Under the pieces are notes generated by a model, which saw only the letters and a list, made by a program, of their open reading frames with translations, did no database searches and was not told the DNA's origin. A stretch of 64,000 nucleotides of DNA from Candidatus Bathyarchaeia archaeon (lineage in GTDB: Archaea; Thermoproteota; Bathyarchaeia; Bathyarchaeales; Bathycorpusculaceae), in NCBI GenBank assembly GCA_050015395.1, contig JBEKBM010000002.1, positions 1 through 64,000 of the forward strand. The letters are read 5' to 3'. Shown here piece after piece: positions 61,992 to 64,000 of the stretch (its first letter is position 1; each line of letters begins with the position of its first letter). A program made the position numbers and the translations under genes.

Positions 61992-62330
61992 TTGGGTAAT
62001 TATAGAGATAGAATAGATATAATAGCTGACATCCTTAATGTTGCAAGTCGAGACGCTAAAAAAACTCAGATAATGTACCAAGCTAATTTAAGCTACAAAG
62101 TCTTGCAGCGCTATCTAACCGAAATTATTGAGGCATCGCTTGTAACATTCGAAAACCATAACCAACGCTACAAATTAACCTATAAAGGGCAAGAGTATCT
62201 AGATGCTTACAAAGAATACGCTCGATGTAGCAAAAACATGGAAAAACACCTTTATGATTTTTCCATAAAAAAGAAAGTTTTAGAAGACTTGTGCCCAGTC
62301 AAACAATTCCTATCCCAATCAGCACACTAA
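61992..62330 (+). CDS. Archaeal wHTH regulator
   Basis: YRDRIDIIADIL...KKTQIMYQANLSY. Confidence 0.85.
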   Translation: MGNYRDRIDIIADILNVASRDAKKTQIMYQANLSYKVLQRYLTEIIEASLVTFENHNQRYKLTYKGQEYLDAYKEYARCSKNMEKHLYDFSIKKKVLEDLCPVKQFLSQSAH

Positions 62331-62348
62331 GCAATAGATGTCTAATTT

Positions 62349-62828
62349 TTGGCGGTGCCAAACTTGATTAAAGGTTTAAAGACTTTCCTCATAACCGCTA
62401 CGATTCTCTTTATAACTACTGCATTGTTTGCTTCTCCAGTTTTCGCCGATCAAAATAGCGCTCAAACAGCGATAATGTCAGCACAAAACAACCTCAAAAG
62501 CTGTTATGACGCAGCTAAAGAAGCGCAAGCTGCAGGAGCAAACGTAGATTCTTTAATGACTACTCTTAACGACGCGGCTGGATCGCTATCCGAAGCAGAA
62601 TTAGCTTACGCAAGTAACGATTATAATTCAGCCTATAGTTATGCGATCCAAAGCCAAAGCAAGCTTAACGGCTTTATTTTCCAAGCTACAGCCCTACAGC
62701 AAAATGCCGACAATAATGATAATCAAAATTTCAGGGTTACTATTTCGTCGATAATAGGTTCTGTAGCTATCTTATGCGTAGGCATAGCTGTTTGGGTTAA
62801 TTTGAATCGAAAAGGCAGGAAGACTTGA
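62349..62828 (+). CDS. Secreted, membrane-anchored helical protein
   Basis: Signal peptide, EAQAAGANV, C-terminal TM. Confidence 0.7.
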   Translation: MAVPNLIKGLKTFLITATILFITTALFASPVFADQNSAQTAIMSAQNNLKSCYDAAKEAQAAGANVDSLMTTLNDAAGSLSEAELAYASNDYNSAYSYAIQSQSKLNGFIFQATALQQNADNNDNQNFRVTISSIIGSVAILCVGIAVWVNLNRKGRKT

Positions 62829-63431
62829 ATGGCTCTCCAACAGTATAAAACACTTTTACTAGTTGTCACTGTTGTTTTAGCATTATTTGTTGCTTCACCC
62901 GCTATCCAGCAGCTTGTGGCAGTTCCGCAAACGACTTATTTCACCGAATTATCGATTTTCGGTGCTTACCACAATGCTACTTATCCCTATAACATTACAG
63001 TTGGGCAAAGTTACCCACTGTACATTAACGTTGACAACCATTTAGGATCCTGCGCTTATTACCTTATCGAAGTCAAATTCCGTAACCAAACACAATCGGC
63101 ACCAGACAGCTTCAATTATACCAGCAGTGATATGCCATCTTTGGGTAATATCTCATTTTGCGTGGCCAATAACCAGGCATTAGAATTGCCAATCGACATT
63201 TCCTTTCAGTACAAGCTTGACCTGAATAACACCGATCAACTTGACATGCAAAACATCATCGTTAACGGTTTCTCATTAAGCGTCAGCCCAACAACAACCA
63301 TAGCCTGGGACTCCCAAAGAATCGGATATTACGGAAACTTATTCTTTGAATTATGGATTTTCAACGACACAGCTAACGCTTTCCAGTATAATCAACGTTA
63401 TGTAAGCCTATGGCTAAACATGACCACATAA
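62829..63431 (+). CDS. DUF1616-like membrane-anchored protein
   Basis: FTELSI.G....YP.NI..G....LYI.V.NHLG...Y. Confidence 0.7.
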   Translation: MALQQYKTLLLVVTVVLALFVASPAIQQLVAVPQTTYFTELSIFGAYHNATYPYNITVGQSYPLYINVDNHLGSCAYYLIEVKFRNQTQSAPDSFNYTSSDMPSLGNISFCVANNQALELPIDISFQYKLDLNNTDQLDMQNIIVNGFSLSVSPTTTIAWDSQRIGYYGNLFFELWIFNDTANAFQYNQRYVSLWLNMTT

Positions 63432-63484
63432 ATTGACAGTCACCATTTTTCTAAAAAGAAATCTGAGAAGGTTTAATTTTGGTT

Positions 63485-64000
63485 TTGAAATCTGACGTGA
63501 TTCTAGCAGTAGGAGCACACCCCGACGACATAGAACTAGGCTGCGGAGGAACCATTAAAGCCGCTTCTAAACTTGGAAGAAAAGTGATAGCTGTCTTTAT
63601 GTCTAAAGGAGAACAAAGCGGAAACCCAGAAGTAAGACCTAAGGAAAGTATTGAAGCATTATCCTTGCTTGGCGTGAAAGAAGTATATTTCGGAGATTTC
63701 CCAGACACAGAGATTCCCTGTTCGAAACAAGCAATCGATTTCCTGGAAGCCTTTTTCGTCGCAAACAAGCCCGAGACAATATTGACCCATACAGTCAACG
63801 ATACACATCAAGATCACCGCCAAGTCGGTTGGGTATCTATGTCTGCTTTTAGAAATGCCCAAAAAATATTAGCCTATGAAACTCCAAGAGTTACCCCGGC
63901 CTTTTCCCCCACATACTTTGTAGACATAACCAACTGCGTAAACGATAAATGGACAGCGTTAAAATGCCATCTTTCACAGAAAACAAAAAGATACATAACA
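63485..64000 (+). CDS. PIG-L/LmbE-family deacetylase, runs off the window
   Basis: LAVGAHPDDIELGCGG, DTHQDHR. Confidence 0.9.
   Translation, partial: MKSDVILAVGAHPDDIELGCGGTIKAASKLGRKVIAVFMSKGEQSGNPEVRPKESIEALSLLGVKEVYFGDFPDTEIPCSKQAIDFLEAFFVANKPETILTHTVNDTHQDHRQVGWVSMSAFRNAQKILAYETPRVTPAFSPTYFVDITNCVNDKWTALKCHLSQKTKRYIT

Overview
Archaeal chromosome segment, most consistent with a TACK archaeon of the Bathyarchaeia type (CdvA/CdvB/CdvC division cluster, Orc1/Cdc6, archaeal SRP RNA, LipS2, PAS-GAF kinase); the taxonomy is inferred from gene content only. The centrepiece is a ~20 kb island (about 9.8-29.8 kb). It holds a full gas vesicle cluster (gvpA, C-like, N, O, E-like PadR, F/L x3, G, J, H-like, K, M) with unusual fusions (GvpL/F-J-domain next to its own DnaK, GvpM-GRAM/PH, GvpJ-Zn ribbon). 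It also holds an HSR1-type heat-shock module (CDC48, two Hsp20s, zincin-like protein) and, bracketed by two copies of an IS5-family element just upstream of gvpA, a fasciclin plus heliorhodopsin cassette. This suggests a possible light- and stress-linked buoyancy system with dedicated chaperones. Other items: a frameshifted DUF3800-like nuclease with a candidate convergent ~110-nt structured RNA, at least five toxin-antitoxin pairs, several gene relics (RFAP synthase deletion scar, Lhr helicase, integrase, His kinase, SnoaL, tRNA-Cys 3' fragments), a CBS-HPF ribosome hibernation candidate, unannotated microproteins, apparent non-canonical start codons, and housekeeping genes (moaCBA, apgM, pyrDK, pdaD). 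All family calls come from motif recognition by eye; no database searches were run.
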